This document shows, one piece after another, positions 8,988 to 20,160 of a DNA stretch of 64,000 bases (positions are counted from its first letter, which is position 1; each line of letters begins with the position of its first letter). The notes beneath the pieces were generated by a model that saw only the letters and a list, made by a program, of their open reading frames with translations, did not search any database and was not told where the DNA came from. The stretch covers positions 2,080,001 through 2,144,000 of the forward strand of contig CAXXOA010000002.1 of assembly GCA_963666275.2 (NCBI GenBank). Direction: 5' to 3'. This DNA is from Oceanispirochaeta sp. GTDB taxonomy: Bacteria; Spirochaetota; Spirochaetia; DSM-2461. The position numbers were made by a program, and so were the translations under genes.

Positions 8988-11186
8988 TCAACCGACTTCC
9001 TCTTCATTACTTCTGTCAGATGTTCCGGAATCGGCCATTCCCGGCATTTCAGTGTCTGAGATTTCCTCTGTGCTGTAGAAGGAGGCTTCGGTTTTCACAT
9101 TGTTGATGCTCTCCTGATTTCTCAAGGCAATCTCACTGACATTCTGGACGGAATTGCTGATCTCATCCATACCGTTTCCGATCTCTTTCATTGCCATTGA
9201 GACTTCGCTGGATATCTGCGTGAGAGACTGGATCGTTTTGAGAATCCTGTTGTTGCCTTCGGTCATCTCCCGGGAACCGGCCATGATATCCATTCCGGCG
9301 GATTTCATCTCCTCCAGGGATTGGAGGACCTGGGAGCTGCCGGCCACCTGCTCTTCCATAGAGGATTTTATTTCACCGGTAATACGGCCCATGGAGTCCA
9401 TGTTTCCCTGGATTTCTTCAAAGGAGCTGCTGGTGGACTTCGATTCCCTGACGATACTGTCAAAGCTTTCGGCAATATCCGAAATTGTCAGTTTCACCTC
9501 GGCAGACTGGGTCGTGGACTGCTCGGCCAGTTTCCGGATTTCATCAGCAACAACTGCAAATCCTCTTCCCGCATCTCCCGCATGGGCCGCTTCAATGGCT
9601 GCATTCATGGCAAGAAGATTTGTCCTGGCCGCAATACCGGCAATCAGGGTATTCGCATCTTCCAGTTTCCGGGATTTTTCCGCTATGGCATCGATCATAA
9701 GGGATACATTATTCAGATTCTCCTGCCCCAGATCTGCGGAATTCTTCAGGATCTCCATGATCTTTTCCGCCTCTTCCGTAGAGGTTGATACATTCTTTAT
9801 CTGGGCGATCATCTGTTCGATGGCGCTGGAACCCTGCTGGATATTGATATCCTGCTGACTGATATTCTCATCCAGATTCCGGATATTCTGAATAATATCC
9901 TGAACCACCGTAACGGTTTCGGACACACTGGATTCCTGCTGATCAATGTGAGTCCGGGAATTCTCCACATTGGTTCTGATCTCATACACCGCAGCGGCTG
10001 TCTCCTCCATATTGGCCGACAGCTCCTGGCCCACCTGTTCCAGATCCCCAAGGCTCCCTTTCAGAGTCCCGAAAAAATGCCTGAGCGAGTCGAGAAATAC
10101 ATTGATATAGCCGATCATTCCGGCTATTTCATCTCTTCCCTTAACCCTGCCTTTCTGAGTCAGGTCTCCCTCTGATGCCTTGAATAGGATCTGCTCAATT
10201 CCATTCAGTTTGATCACAAGCTTCTTCTTTATGTAGACTGAGAGGATCAGGCTGATCACAAGGATCAGAAGGAAACTGGAAATAAGGAGCATCTCCCTGA
10301 GGGAGGTGGTGGTATGGAACGCTTCCGAATCATTGATCGCCAGGCAGACAATCCACTGAGTGGAGGGCATCCGGATAAATACACCCTGTTTGTCCGACCC
10401 GCCCAGCTGATAGGAGATATTCTGAACTCTCTCTCTACTGTCCACAACGGTCTGGAAAAAGGGGTCCACATCCTGGGAGGGTGTGTAGATAAGATCCTCC
10501 GAGGGGTGGACGATGATCAATCCCTCCCTGTCCAGAATATAGGGGTACCCGGTGGATCCGACCCTTTTATTGTGAATGAACGCTTTGGCAAAGGATGTGA
10601 GATTCAGCGATACAGCGATGATTCCCTTCAGCTCTCCGTCGACCCTTACGGCTGCAGAATGGACAACCGTGAGGTTGCCCGTCGCCACCGACTGGAGGGC
10701 TTTCGTGGCTGTAAAGGTTGTTTTCCCGTCTTCTGCTATGGCCTTGTAATACTCCCGATCCGCCAGGTCCAGGCCAAGCATTCCTGTTGAAAAGGTGGAA
10801 TCCACGACAGTCCCTTCCGTATCCAGGAGGAAGGCCGATTCGTAGTAGCTGCTGCTGTCGTAGAGGTCCATCAGAATATCATGATAATCCAGAGATGAAC
10901 CCAGGCTGTCCGAACCGGTTTCTGCAAGATTCCTGGCAATCTGATCACCGAAAGCTTTGACAAACTTTTCGGTTGTCTGAATTTCAAGCTCCAGAAAATC
11001 GGTAATGGACTGGGTAATAATAGTAAAATTGTCCGTCTGGGTAGATTTTACCTCCCCGGACATACTTGTCAGAATGAAGGCTCCCTGTATCAGGAAGGAC
11101 ACTGTCAGAACCAGTACGACAAGGATAATAAGAGGGATGGAAAATGATACCTTCTCAGATGATCGGCTTTTGCTGTTTTTCATCAT
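8988..11186 (-). CDS. Methyl-accepting chemotaxis protein (dCache-HAMP-MA)
   Basis: Two TM segments, Cache motif DREYYK/GYPYILD, hairpin [34 protein letters not shown]. Confidence 0.95.
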   Translation of the reverse strand: MMKNSKSRSSEKVSFSIPLIILVVLVLTVSFLIQGAFILTSMSGEVKSTQTDNFTIITQSITDFLELEIQTTEKFVKAFGDQIARNLAETGSDSLGSSLDYHDILMDLYDSSSYYESAFLLDTEGTVVDSTFSTGMLGLDLADREYYKAIAEDGKTTFTATKALQSVATGNLTVVHSAAVRVDGELKGIIAVSLNLTSFAKAFIHNKRVGSTGYPYILDREGLIIVHPSEDLIYTPSQDVDPFFQTVVDSRERVQNISYQLGGSDKQGVFIRMPSTQWIVCLAINDSEAFHTTTSLREMLLISSFLLILVISLILSVYIKKKLVIKLNGIEQILFKASEGDLTQKGRVKGRDEIAGMIGYINVFLDSLRHFFGTLKGSLGDLEQVGQELSANMEETAAAVYEIRTNVENSRTHIDQQESSVSETVTVVQDIIQNIRNLDENISQQDINIQQGSSAIEQMIAQIKNVSTSTEEAEKIMEILKNSADLGQENLNNVSLMIDAIAEKSRKLEDANTLIAGIAARTNLLAMNAAIEAAHAGDAGRGFAVVADEIRKLAEQSTTQSAEVKLTISDIAESFDSIVRESKSTSSSFEEIQGNMDSMGRITGEIKSSMEEQVAGSSQVLQSLEEMKSAGMDIMAGSREMTEGNNRILKTIQSLTQISSEVSMAMKEIGNGMDEISNSVQNVSEIALRNQESINNVKTEASFYSTEEISDTEMPGMADSGTSDRSNEEEVG

Positions 11187-11297
11187 ATGTCTCCGGATGG
11201 TTTTTCAATGAATAAGGATGTTTTCTACCATTATTCTTTATTTGCCGGGACATATGCAAGTTGTTTTGTAATATTTACTCCAGCCTCACCCGGGAGA

Positions 11298-13499
11298 TCA
11301 GGATGCTTCACCTTCCTCTTCCGGAAGAGGCCCCTCCGGATCTGAATAGTCCAGCTCAGCTGTTTCACTCTCTTCTATTTCAACGGTCTGATAGATGGAG
11401 GCCCCGGTTTTTACATTGCTGATGCTCTCTTTGTTCCGGGAGACAATGTCACTGACATTCTGAATGGAGCTTTTGATTTCATCCATTCCATGGCCTATCT
11501 CCTTCATAGCCAGAGACACCTCACTGGATATCTGTGTGAGAGACTCCACGGTTTTCAGAATTTTCTGATTTCCCTCGGTCATCTCTCTGGATCCTGAAAG
11601 AACATCCATTCCCGCTGTTTTCATCTCCTGCAGGGACTGCAGAACCTGGGTGCTGCCGGCGACCTGTTCTTCCATGGAGAATTTAATCTCGCCGGTTATC
11701 CGGGCCATGGCATCCATGTTTCCCTCAATCTCCTGGAAGGAGCTGCTTGTGGTATCAGAAGCTTTCACGATCCCGCTGATACTCTGGGAAATATCCAGGA
11801 TTGTTTTTTTGACCTCTGAGGACTGTTTGGTGGACTGCTCCGCCAGGTTGCGGATTTCATCGGCCACCACGGCAAATCCTCTCCCCGCCGCCCCGGCATG
11901 GGCTGCCTCAATGGCGGCGTTCATGGCCAGAAGGTTTGTTTTGGCCGCGATCCCGGCAATAAGGGTATTGGCCTCCTCCAGATTCCGGGATTTTTCGGCA
12001 ATGGTTCCGATCATTCCCGAGACCGTGTTCAGGTTCTCCCGGCCCTGGTGGGAGGAATGTTTCAGAGTCTCCATGATGTTTTCCGCCTCTTCTGTTGAGG
12101 ATGACACATTCTTTATCTGGGCTATCATCTCTTCTATGGCGCTGGACCCCTGCTGAATATTCCCGTCCTGCATGCTGATGCTGGCATCCAGTTTCTGTAT
12201 ATTCCGGATAATCTCCTGCACAACCGCAGCGGTTTCATTTACACTGGATTCCTGCTGATCTATATGGTCCCGGGAGTTGGTCACATTGGTTCGTATCTGA
12301 TAAAGAGCCGCTGCGGTTTCCTCCATGTTGGCAGACAGCTCCTGGCCTACCTGATCGAGTTCGTCCAGATTCCCTTTGAGGCTTATAAAAAATCCCTTGA
12401 GGGATTCCAGAAATGTATTGATATACCCGGTCATACCGGCTACTTCATCTCTGCCTTTTACAGTTCCCTGGACTGTGAGATTCCCTTCGGAAGCCTGAAA
12501 GAGGATCTTCTCTATCTGAGAGAGTTTGATGACAAGCCTTTTTCTGATATAGAAGGCCAGGATCAGACTTATGATCACTATGAGAAGGATGCTTGAGGCG
12601 ATCAGCATTATTCTGAGGGTTAAGATGGAACGGAAGGCTTCGCTGTAATTGATTGCCAGGCAGATAATCCACCCGGTTCCGGGCATCCGGACAAACACTC
12701 CCTCTTTCCGTACCCCGCCCAGTTCATAGGAAATAACCTGAACTCTCTCCTTACTGTCTATGACGGTCTGGAAAAAGGGATCCACATCCTGGGATCTTGT
12801 AAAAACAAGCTCTTTGGAAGGGTGGATCAGGATCAGTCCTTCATTATCCAGCACATAGGGGTAACCGGTTCTGCCTATTTTTTTATTCAGTACAAAGGAG
12901 TTGGCAAAGGACGTCAGATTCAAAGATATGGCCAGAAGGCCTTTTAGCTCTCCATTGGCCCTTATGGCCGCAGAGCAGACCACAGTCAGGTTGCCCGTGG
13001 CTTCCGATATAAGAGCCTTGGAAGTGGTATAGGTGTCTTTTCTTTCATCCATTATGGCTCTGAAATATTCACGGTCGGACAAATCCGCTCCGATCATGGA
13101 TGTGGAGTAGGTGGAGTCCAGTACTTTTCCATTCCCATTCATCAGAAAGGCTGATTCGAAGTAACTGCTCTCATAGGCCAGATCCATAAGGATATCATGG
13201 ACTTCCAGATCGAATTTCAGCTGATCTGTTCCTGTCGCATCCAGGTACTCGGAAATCTGGTCGCTATAGGATTTCACAAGGCGTTCGGTGGACTGAATTT
13301 CCAGGTCCATAAAATCGGTGAGGGACTGGGTAATAATGGTGAAATTCTCACTCTGGCTTTCCTTTATCTGCCGGGACATTCCGGTCAGGATAAAAAATCC
13401 CTGTGTCAGAAACGATACGATAAGGACAAAGACTACCATAATGATGAGAGGGGTTGAAAAAGAGATTTTCTCCCTTTTTTCTCGGGACTTTCGGGCCAT
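11298..13499 (-). CDS. Methyl-accepting chemotaxis protein (tandem paralogue)
   Basis: Same architecture and colinear with 8988..11186. Confidence 0.95.
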   Translation of the reverse strand: MARKSREKREKISFSTPLIIMVVFVLIVSFLTQGFFILTGMSRQIKESQSENFTIITQSLTDFMDLEIQSTERLVKSYSDQISEYLDATGTDQLKFDLEVHDILMDLAYESSYFESAFLMNGNGKVLDSTYSTSMIGADLSDREYFRAIMDERKDTYTTSKALISEATGNLTVVCSAAIRANGELKGLLAISLNLTSFANSFVLNKKIGRTGYPYVLDNEGLILIHPSKELVFTRSQDVDPFFQTVIDSKERVQVISYELGGVRKEGVFVRMPGTGWIICLAINYSEAFRSILTLRIMLIASSILLIVIISLILAFYIRKRLVIKLSQIEKILFQASEGNLTVQGTVKGRDEVAGMTGYINTFLESLKGFFISLKGNLDELDQVGQELSANMEETAAALYQIRTNVTNSRDHIDQQESSVNETAAVVQEIIRNIQKLDASISMQDGNIQQGSSAIEEMIAQIKNVSSSTEEAENIMETLKHSSHQGRENLNTVSGMIGTIAEKSRNLEEANTLIAGIAAKTNLLAMNAAIEAAHAGAAGRGFAVVADEIRNLAEQSTKQSSEVKKTILDISQSISGIVKASDTTSSSFQEIEGNMDAMARITGEIKFSMEEQVAGSTQVLQSLQEMKTAGMDVLSGSREMTEGNQKILKTVESLTQISSEVSLAMKEIGHGMDEIKSSIQNVSDIVSRNKESISNVKTGASIYQTVEIEESETAELDYSDPEGPLPEEEGEAS

Positions 13500-13609
13500 A
13501 GGATACTCCGGATAATTTTATTAAATCAATATTAAATAACGTTTAAAAATATTATGGAGAATCTTTTAGCGAATGATCAAGCACTTTCAGGAGCTGACTG
13601 ACTAAATGA

Positions 13610-14644
13610 TCAGTCTAATGGCGGTTTACAGGAGTTACGCAGGACCATGGTACAGGGAATTTTATGAATTTCCGGTTCTTTTTCCGGGTTTCTTATCCGT
13701 TTTATCAGACTTTTCATCGCCCTTTGACCCATTTCCTCCACGGGAGTATGTATGCAGGTTAACCGGGGTTCAAAGGCTGTGGACCACTCGAAATCACCGA
13801 AACTGATTATGGATATATCTTCCGGACAGGTCAGGGATAGTTCCCTCATCGCCTGAATGGCTCCCAGGGATAGGGTGTTGCTTCCCAGAAACAGGGCCGT
13901 GGGAGGAATGGGCCTTCTCATCAGCTCCCGTGTCCCCTCGTAACCGCCGGAGATCCTGGCCTGTTTTCTCTGAATATAGTCATCAGAGCCTTTCTGCCCC
14001 GCCATGGCCAGGGCATCCAGATAGCCCTTTTCCCTCTCTCTGTTGCTGGATATCCCGGAAAATCCTCCGATGAAACCGATCCTGCTGTGACCCAGATCGA
14101 GGAGATACCTGACGGCCTGAAAAGAGGCGTTATAATTGTCCAGCTCCACCATATCGGAACGGCAGCCTTCCAGAGTCCTGTCCATGAGCACCGTGGGCAC
14201 CTCTTCTGACAGGGTGTTCCGGATATAGTCCTCATTCCCGCTCCCCGGAGCCAGAATGATACCGTCTACCTGCTTCTGGAGCAGCACATTGATGCATTTC
14301 TTTTCCAGCTCCGGTTCATCGTTATAGCTGTTCAGGATAACACTGAAGCCTTCCCGGTTGGCACTGTTTTCTATCGTATTGATCAGACCGGTAAAAAAGG
14401 GGTTGGTAATATCGGGAACAATCACTCCTATGGTATTGGTTCGGCTCTGCTTGAGACTCTGGGCAATCACATTGGGTTTATAGTTCAGAGTCTCAATGGC
14501 CTTTTGAACCCTCTCTCTGGTTTCTCTTTTCACATGCCGTTTGCCTGTCAGAGAGTGGGATACCGTCGTGGTGGATACTCCGGCAGCCGCAGCCACATCC
14601 TTTATGGTAATTTTCCTTTTCAATATAGCCTCCCGGTTCCGCAT
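13610..14644 (-). CDS. LacI-family transcriptional regulator
   Basis: TIKDVAAAAGVSTTTVS HTH, YKPN hinge, periplasmic-binding-protein fold motifs. Confidence 0.95.
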   Translation of the reverse strand: MRNREAILKRKITIKDVAAAAGVSTTTVSHSLTGKRHVKRETRERVQKAIETLNYKPNVIAQSLKQSRTNTIGVIVPDITNPFFTGLINTIENSANREGFSVILNSYNDEPELEKKCINVLLQKQVDGIILAPGSGNEDYIRNTLSEEVPTVLMDRTLEGCRSDMVELDNYNASFQAVRYLLDLGHSRIGFIGGFSGISSNREREKGYLDALAMAGQKGSDDYIQRKQARISGGYEGTRELMRRPIPPTALFLGSNTLSLGAIQAMRELSLTCPEDISIISFGDFEWSTAFEPRLTCIHTPVEEMGQRAMKSLIKRIRNPEKEPEIHKIPCTMVLRNSCKPPLD

Positions 14645-14766
14645 AGTATTTTAAGAGAATCCGGGGATCGGGAATACCGGTCCGGACAGGAAGTTGGGGT
14701 AAAATTCTTCTGTTCCCGTCTATTCTAGGGATTTGTGAACTGTTATATTTGTGTTCAAGGTTGAAA

Positions 14767-15927
14767 ATGGAAAAGAAATTCAGTAAAACAAAAGTCCTCT
14801 CGATTGCTCTGGCACACCACATACATGATATTTACACATCATTTCTGGCACCTCTCCTGCCGCTCCTTATAGAAAAACTGGGAATCCCCCTTTTTGCAGC
14901 CGCTGTGCTGCAGGTGACAAGGAATGCTCCCTCGCTTTTCAACCCCTTTCTGGCGCTTCTGGCCGAAAAAAAAGGGGTGAAGTATTTTGTGATCCTGACA
15001 CCGGGACTGACGGCAGTCTCCATGAGCCTGATAGGACTGGCCGGTTCTTTCGGTTTCCTGTTTATCCTCCTTCTGGTGGCGGGAATCTCGGCCGCTCTTT
15101 TTCATATCCCTTCCCCTGTGATGGTCCGGGATTCTTCCGGCGACAGAGTGGGAACGGGAATGAGCTGGTATATGGTAGGGGGAGAACTCGCCAGAACCCT
15201 GGGGCCTCTGATTGCCACGGCGGCAGTATCCTACTGGTCTCTGGAAGAAACATGGAAGCTCATGCCCCTGGGACTCGTTGCTTCCCTCCTGCTCTATGTC
15301 AAACTGAAGGACTATAAAGGGCAGGAAATCCATCGGAAGACATCGGAACAGCAGGGTGCGGGTAAAATCCTCCTGACCTATAGAGCTTTTTTCCTCTCTC
15401 TGGCGGGGTTTACCATGTTCAATTCGGCCATGAAAACCGCACTGACCCTCTATCTGCCTGTCTATCTTGTGGAGAAGGGTGCCTCCCTGTGGTCTGCGGG
15501 ATTTTCACTTTCCCTTCTCCAGGGCTTCGGTGTGGCCGGCGTCTTCTGTTCGGGATATATTTCCGACAGGATGGGAAGACGGGGTACCCTGATTGTATCG
15601 GCTCTGGGTACAGTCCTTTTTATGGGGCTCTTCAGTGTTTTCAACAGCCTGATCCTGCTGAGTTTCCTGGGGTTCTTCCTTTTTGCCAGCGGTCCTGTCC
15701 TCCTGGCCATCGTTCAGGAAACAAAGACCAGGATGCCGACTTTCATGAACGGGATGTATATGTCCGTCAATTTCGGCGTCGGATCCCTGATTGCTCTGGT
15801 TGTGGGATTTCTGGGAGATCGTTTCGGTCTGGAAACAGCTTATTATATCTGCAGTTTTCTGGGACTGGGAATCATTCCCATGGCGATCTGGCTGCCTTCA
15901 ACAGTTAAAAATATTGTAGCAGAATAA
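14767..15927 (+). CDS. MFS transporter (Fsr/fosmidomycin-resistance-like)
   Basis: AHHIHDIY...PLLP, SAALFHIP, GYISDRMGRR; about 12 hydrophobic segments. Confidence 0.85.
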   Translation: MEKKFSKTKVLSIALAHHIHDIYTSFLAPLLPLLIEKLGIPLFAAAVLQVTRNAPSLFNPFLALLAEKKGVKYFVILTPGLTAVSMSLIGLAGSFGFLFILLLVAGISAALFHIPSPVMVRDSSGDRVGTGMSWYMVGGELARTLGPLIATAAVSYWSLEETWKLMPLGLVASLLLYVKLKDYKGQEIHRKTSEQQGAGKILLTYRAFFLSLAGFTMFNSAMKTALTLYLPVYLVEKGASLWSAGFSLSLLQGFGVAGVFCSGYISDRMGRRGTLIVSALGTVLFMGLFSVFNSLILLSFLGFFLFASGPVLLAIVQETKTRMPTFMNGMYMSVNFGVGSLIALVVGFLGDRFGLETAYYICSFLGLGIIPMAIWLPSTVKNIVAE

Positions 15928-15998
15928 AAAAAATAGTTTTTAATCCCATACAATATAGATAAATAATAAATTATATTTAAAATTAGTAATAAATTCTC

Positions 15999-16027
15999 TT
16001 GCTTATACTACTAATTAGTATTATATT
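15999..16027 (+). promoter_or_regulatory. Putative sigma70 promoter of wrbA with a palindromic operator in the spacer
   Basis: TTGCTT-N17-TATATT with perfect palindrome TACTAATTAGTA at 16009-16020. Confidence 0.45.
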
Positions 16028-16058
16028 CTCTTTATCAAATTGATGAGGAGTTTACAGT

Positions 16059-16667
16059 ATGAAAATAGCAGTTATATTCTATTCCACCTACGGACATATA
16101 TATCAGATGGCACAGAGTGCAGCCAAAGGCGCGGAAGCAGCGGGAGCAGAGGTTGATCTCGTCAGAGTTCCCGAAACCCTGAGCCCCGAAGTCATTGCGG
16201 CTCTGGGAGCCACAGAAGCTCAGAAAGCTTTTGACGGTGTTAAAGAAGCGCAAGTCGCGGATCTTCCCTCGTACGACGGTTTTATCTTTGCCTTCCCCAC
16301 AAGATTCGGGAATATGCCCGGGCAGTTCAAAACATTTCTGGATGCAACGGGTCAGTTATGGGCCCAGGGAGCACTGGCGGGAAAACCATTCGGAATTGTC
16401 ACTTCCACGGCAACCCAGCATGGGGGACAGGAAACAACAATCCTGACATCCATGGTTCCCTTCATCCATCATGGCATGATTTTTGTCGGTCTGCCTCAGA
16501 CACATCCGGAACTGGGGAATTTTTCCGAAGTCGGCGGCGGTTCCTATTACGGCGCCAGTACTATCAGCGGTGGTGACGGATCCCGTCTACCCGACGAGAG
16601 GGAGCTTTCCCTGTCAGGTAAACTGGCTGAGAGGGTAGCGACTGTAGCAGGAAAACTGAAATCCTGA
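16059..16667 (+). CDS. wrbA: NAD(P)H:quinone oxidoreductase type IV
   Basis: FYSTYGH, PTRFGNM, STATQHGGQETT, GGSYYGA. Confidence 0.95.
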   Translation: MKIAVIFYSTYGHIYQMAQSAAKGAEAAGAEVDLVRVPETLSPEVIAALGATEAQKAFDGVKEAQVADLPSYDGFIFAFPTRFGNMPGQFKTFLDATGQLWAQGALAGKPFGIVTSTATQHGGQETTILTSMVPFIHHGMIFVGLPQTHPELGNFSEVGGGSYYGASTISGGDGSRLPDERELSLSGKLAERVATVAGKLKS

Positions 16668-16718
16668 AAATACCAAGGATCCCCGGATAGCGGGATTCAA
16701 AGGTAAGCATACCCCGCA

Positions 16719-16740
16719 GAGACGCGATTTTTCGCGTCTC
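16719..16740. repeat. REP-like palindrome, copy 1 (also terminator-like)
   Basis: GAGACGCGA-TTTT-TCGCGTCTC followed by a T-rich tract; near-identical copy at 17992. Confidence 0.7.
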
Positions 16741-16860
16741 TTCTTTTTTATAGAACCGTTCAGTCTCTCTTATTTTGGAAATTTCCGTTCTGCCTGTTTC
16801 CCCAATGGGAAGGGTGCAGAAAAAATCAATTTGGGATAATATAAAAAGGGGAGGCCTCTA

Positions 16861-17979
16861 ATGAGTGATTCAGTATCTAAAGTTTATTTTACGACCATGA
16901 AAACAACCCTGCAGGAAAATCTGCAGCAGAAACTGATCCGGCTGATAAAAAAAGCCGGTATGGGATCTATTGATTTTGATAAAAAATATACAGCCATAAA
17001 AATCCATTTCGGCGAAATGGGAAATCTGGCCTATCTCAGACCCAACTATGCCAGAACCATTGCGGATTTTATCAAAGCCCAGGGCGGAAAGCCTTTTCTC
17101 ACCGACTGTAACACCCTCTATGTGGGAGGGAGAAAAAATGCCCTGGACCATATTGAAACCGCCTATATCAATGGTTTCACTCCCTATTCCACAGGGTGCC
17201 ATATTCTGATTGCCGACGGCCTGAAAGGAACGGATGAACAGATGGTGCCTGTCCGGGGCGGGAAACATGTGAAAGAAGCCAAAATCGGTCAGGCTGTGAT
17301 GGATGCGGATATCTTTATTTCACTCAACCACTTCAAAGGTCATGAAGCCACCGGATTCGGAGGGGCCATCAAAAATATAGGGATGGGCTGCGGATCCCGG
17401 GCCGGGAAAATGGAAATGCACAGCAGCGGTAAACCCGTTGTCTTCAGCGGGAAATGCATAGGATGCGGCGCCTGCCTCAAGATCTGTGCTCATGATGCCA
17501 TTACCATTACAGACAAAGTGGCCCTGATCGATCATGAAAAATGCGTCGGATGCGGACGCTGTATCGGAGTTTGCCCGGTTGATGCGGTGCAGCCTGGCTG
17601 GGATGAAGCCAATGATGTTCTGAATGAGAAAATGGCCGAGTATACATGGGCGGTTCTCCATGACAGACCCCATTTCCATATAAGTTTTGTGATCGATGTT
17701 TCTCCCAATTGTGACTGTCATGCGGAAAATGATATCCCCATTGTTCCGGATATAGGTATTTTTGCTTCCTTCGATCCCATTGCTCTGGATGTGGCCTGCG
17801 CTGATGCGGTCAACAGGGAGCTTCCTGTCAAAGGAAGTATTCTGGCGGAAAACAGCGCTGTTGATGTCAGGGAGGATCATTTTGCAACAGTCAGTCCCGC
17901 AACAAACTGGCGCTCCGCCGTGGACCACGCTGTAAACATAGGGGTAGGAAACCGGGAATACGAACTGATCACCCTGTAA
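16861..17979 (+). CDS. DUF362 domain protein with 2x[4Fe-4S] ferredoxin insert
   Basis: KIHFGEMGN, HFKGH, CIGCGACLKIC and CVGCGRCIGVCP, CDC, DPIALD. Confidence 0.9.
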   Translation: MSDSVSKVYFTTMKTTLQENLQQKLIRLIKKAGMGSIDFDKKYTAIKIHFGEMGNLAYLRPNYARTIADFIKAQGGKPFLTDCNTLYVGGRKNALDHIETAYINGFTPYSTGCHILIADGLKGTDEQMVPVRGGKHVKEAKIGQAVMDADIFISLNHFKGHEATGFGGAIKNIGMGCGSRAGKMEMHSSGKPVVFSGKCIGCGACLKICAHDAITITDKVALIDHEKCVGCGRCIGVCPVDAVQPGWDEANDVLNEKMAEYTWAVLHDRPHFHISFVIDVSPNCDCHAENDIPIVPDIGIFASFDPIALDVACADAVNRELPVKGSILAENSAVDVREDHFATVSPATNWRSAVDHAVNIGVGNREYELITL

Positions 17980-17991
17980 ATCCCCCTGGCG

Positions 17992-18013
17992 GAGACGCGA
18001 TTTGTCGCGTCTC
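17992..18013. repeat. REP-like palindrome, copy 2
   Basis: GAGACGCGA-TTTG-TCGCGTCTC just after the DUF362 stop. Confidence 0.7.
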
Positions 18014-18061
18014 ATTTTCCTGTTTTTAATAGCAGGGATGTGTGATCTATACTATGTTATA

Positions 18062-18089
18062 TTGACAATAATGAGCATATGATTAAAAT
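18062..18089 (+). promoter_or_regulatory. Putative sigma70 promoter of the selD operon
   Basis: TTGACA-N16-TAAAAT. Confidence 0.5.
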
Positions 18090-18185
18090 CCCCGGCTGGG
18101 ACCTTGCCATTTTCAGACAGCCCCAATACAATCCGGAAACAGAAGGTCCAAAGAACTTTCTGGACAATGAAGAGGTATTATCGGA

Positions 18186-19226
18186 ATGATCAACAAGAAA
18201 CGACTGAGCGAATTTTCCCGCTTTTCAGGATGCGGAGCCAAACTGGGACCGGCTATGCTGGACCGGGCTCTCTGTGATCTGAAGCAGACCCGATGGCCCG
18301 GTGTGATTGCCGATTTTCACGGCAGCGAGGATGCGGGTGTTTTCAAACTGGATGATTCAAAAGCTCTGGTGCAGACTATTGATTTTTTCCCTCCCATTTC
18401 GGACGATCCCCTGATTTTCGGAGAGATTGCGGCTGCCAATGCCCTGTCGGATATCTATGCTATGGGGGCAAAACCTGTCACTGCGGTCAGTGTGGTCTGT
18501 TTTCCCGAAGAGGAGCTTGAAATCGACTGGCTCAGAAAGATCATGCAGGGGGGGCTGAACAAGCTGGAGGAGGCTGAAACAGCCCTTCTGGGCGGACACT
18601 CTGTCAGCGACAGGGAGCTGAAGTTCGGTTTTTCTGTGAATGGCGTGATTTCGCCCGACCAGGCGGTCCGGAACAATACTCCCCGTCCCGGGGATGCCCT
18701 GATCCTGACCAAGCCCCTGGGGACGGGAACAGTCAATACTGCCATGAAGGCCGGGATGGTCTCTTCCGAATCACTTGAGGCGGCGGAAACCTCCATGAGA
18801 ACTCTGAACCGGCGGGCATCAGAGCTGATTTTTGCCGCTCAGGTCTCGGCCATGACGGATGTTACCGGGTTCGGTCTGATCGGCCATGCTGCGGAAATGC
18901 TTCTGAACTCAAACTGCCGCTTTGTGATTGAGGCGGATAAACTGCCCCTCATTCCCGGAGCCGTCGACTATATCTCCCTGGGGCTGGTTCCAGAAGGTAC
19001 CTTCCGCAACAGGGACTTCCGGCTTCCCTTTCTGGAGGAGCCTGACTCTCTGGATCCGGAACTGGTGGATCTGCTTTTTGATCCCCAGACATCGGGAGGA
19101 CTTCTGGCATCTCTGCCCCTGAAGGATGCGGAGGCTGTGATAAAGGCTCTTTCTGCAGAGGGGTATACAGCTGCCGTGATCGGACAGGTGGAAAAGGGAG
19201 AGGGGAAAGTCAGGATTTATGCATAG
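18186..19226 (+). CDS. selD: Selenide, water dikinase (Cys-type)
   Basis: GCGAKL, EDAGV, QTIDFF, AANALSDIYAMG, TDVTGFGL, DPQTSGGLL. Confidence 0.95.
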   Translation: MINKKRLSEFSRFSGCGAKLGPAMLDRALCDLKQTRWPGVIADFHGSEDAGVFKLDDSKALVQTIDFFPPISDDPLIFGEIAAANALSDIYAMGAKPVTAVSVVCFPEEELEIDWLRKIMQGGLNKLEEAETALLGGHSVSDRELKFGFSVNGVISPDQAVRNNTPRPGDALILTKPLGTGTVNTAMKAGMVSSESLEAAETSMRTLNRRASELIFAAQVSAMTDVTGFGLIGHAAEMLLNSNCRFVIEADKLPLIPGAVDYISLGLVPEGTFRNRDFRLPFLEEPDSLDPELVDLLFDPQTSGGLLASLPLKDAEAVIKALSAEGYTAAVIGQVEKGEGKVRIYA

Positions 19227-19479
19227 GTTTCTGTTTACATTCTATACGACCCATCAGGCGCTGAAGGCGGAAAAATGCATGAAAAAGGAAGAGTCTCCCA
19301 GCCGGCTGATCCCCACTCCTACGGAAATCTTCGCGGAATGCGGTTTCAGTCTGGAACTGGAACTGGATGAAACAGCTCTTCAGGATTTACTGAAGGGAGA
19401 GGCATTCGTTTATGCGGAATGCTATCTTATTGCCAAAAATGAAGAAGGATGTCTGATATATGAAAAAATTCACTATTGA
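19219..19479 (+). CDS. DUF3343 putative Se/S carrier-like protein
   Basis: FYTTHQALKAEK...LIPTPTEIFAECGFSL; typical selD neighbour. Confidence 0.75.
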   Translation: MHRFLFTFYTTHQALKAEKCMKKEESPSRLIPTPTEIFAECGFSLELELDETALQDLLKGEAFVYAECYLIAKNEEGCLIYEKIHY

Positions 19480-20092
19480 TGCGCGCACACTTCCCTGTCC
19501 CCAGCCTTTACTGAGGACAAAGGAAGCTCTTGAAAAAGAGAACTTTCAGGAACTGGAGGTTCTTGTAGACAACAAGGCCGCCAGGGAAAATGTGACCCGG
19601 TTTCTGAAAAAGTCAGGATTGTCTTCCCTCTCCGTGGAGGATTCGGGAGAGAGCCTCTGGACAGTCAGAGCTCTCCGATCCTCGGAGTCTCAGGTTGCCA
19701 CCGGTCAGGAGCCCTCTGAAGTCACAGGCTCAGCTCCCTTTGCAGGGGAGGCCGGGGGCAAAAGGATTCTGATCCTTTCGGATTGTATCGGAAATGGGGA
19801 TGAGAAGCTGGGGGCCCTCCTTATGAAAGGGTTTCTCTACACTCTGACCCAGGTGGAGACCCTTCCGGAGTGTCTGATTTTCATGAATACCGGTGTCAAG
19901 CTCAGCTGTGAAGGTTCCGAGAGCCTGGAGGATCTGAAAACTCTGGAGTCACGGGGCTGCCGGATCATCTCCTGCGGGACCTGTCTGGATTTTTACGGGC
20001 TCACCGAGAAAAAAGGGGTGGGAGAAATCTCCAATATGTATGAAATTGCCTCTCTTATGACAGCCCCCTCGGGATCTCTGACTATCAGTTAA
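19460..20092 (+). CDS. yedF: Sulfurtransferase-like selenium metabolism protein YedF (TusA + DsrE domains)
   Basis: IDARTLPCPQP (TusA) and SCGTCLDFYG...GEISNMY (DsrE-like). Confidence 0.88.
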   Translation: MKKFTIDARTLPCPQPLLRTKEALEKENFQELEVLVDNKAARENVTRFLKKSGLSSLSVEDSGESLWTVRALRSSESQVATGQEPSEVTGSAPFAGEAGGKRILILSDCIGNGDEKLGALLMKGFLYTLTQVETLPECLIFMNTGVKLSCEGSESLEDLKTLESRGCRIISCGTCLDFYGLTEKKGVGEISNMYEIASLMTAPSGSLTIS

Positions 20093-20160
20093 TAGATTTC
20101 GCGGATTAATTATTGAATCCTCTGTATTTTCCATTTTTCCTGGGTTAGACTTAACTGGAT

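Noticed and set aside
18186..18260. SelD as a selenoprotein
   Set aside because: The active-site codon is TGC (Cys) in GCGAK; there is no TGA
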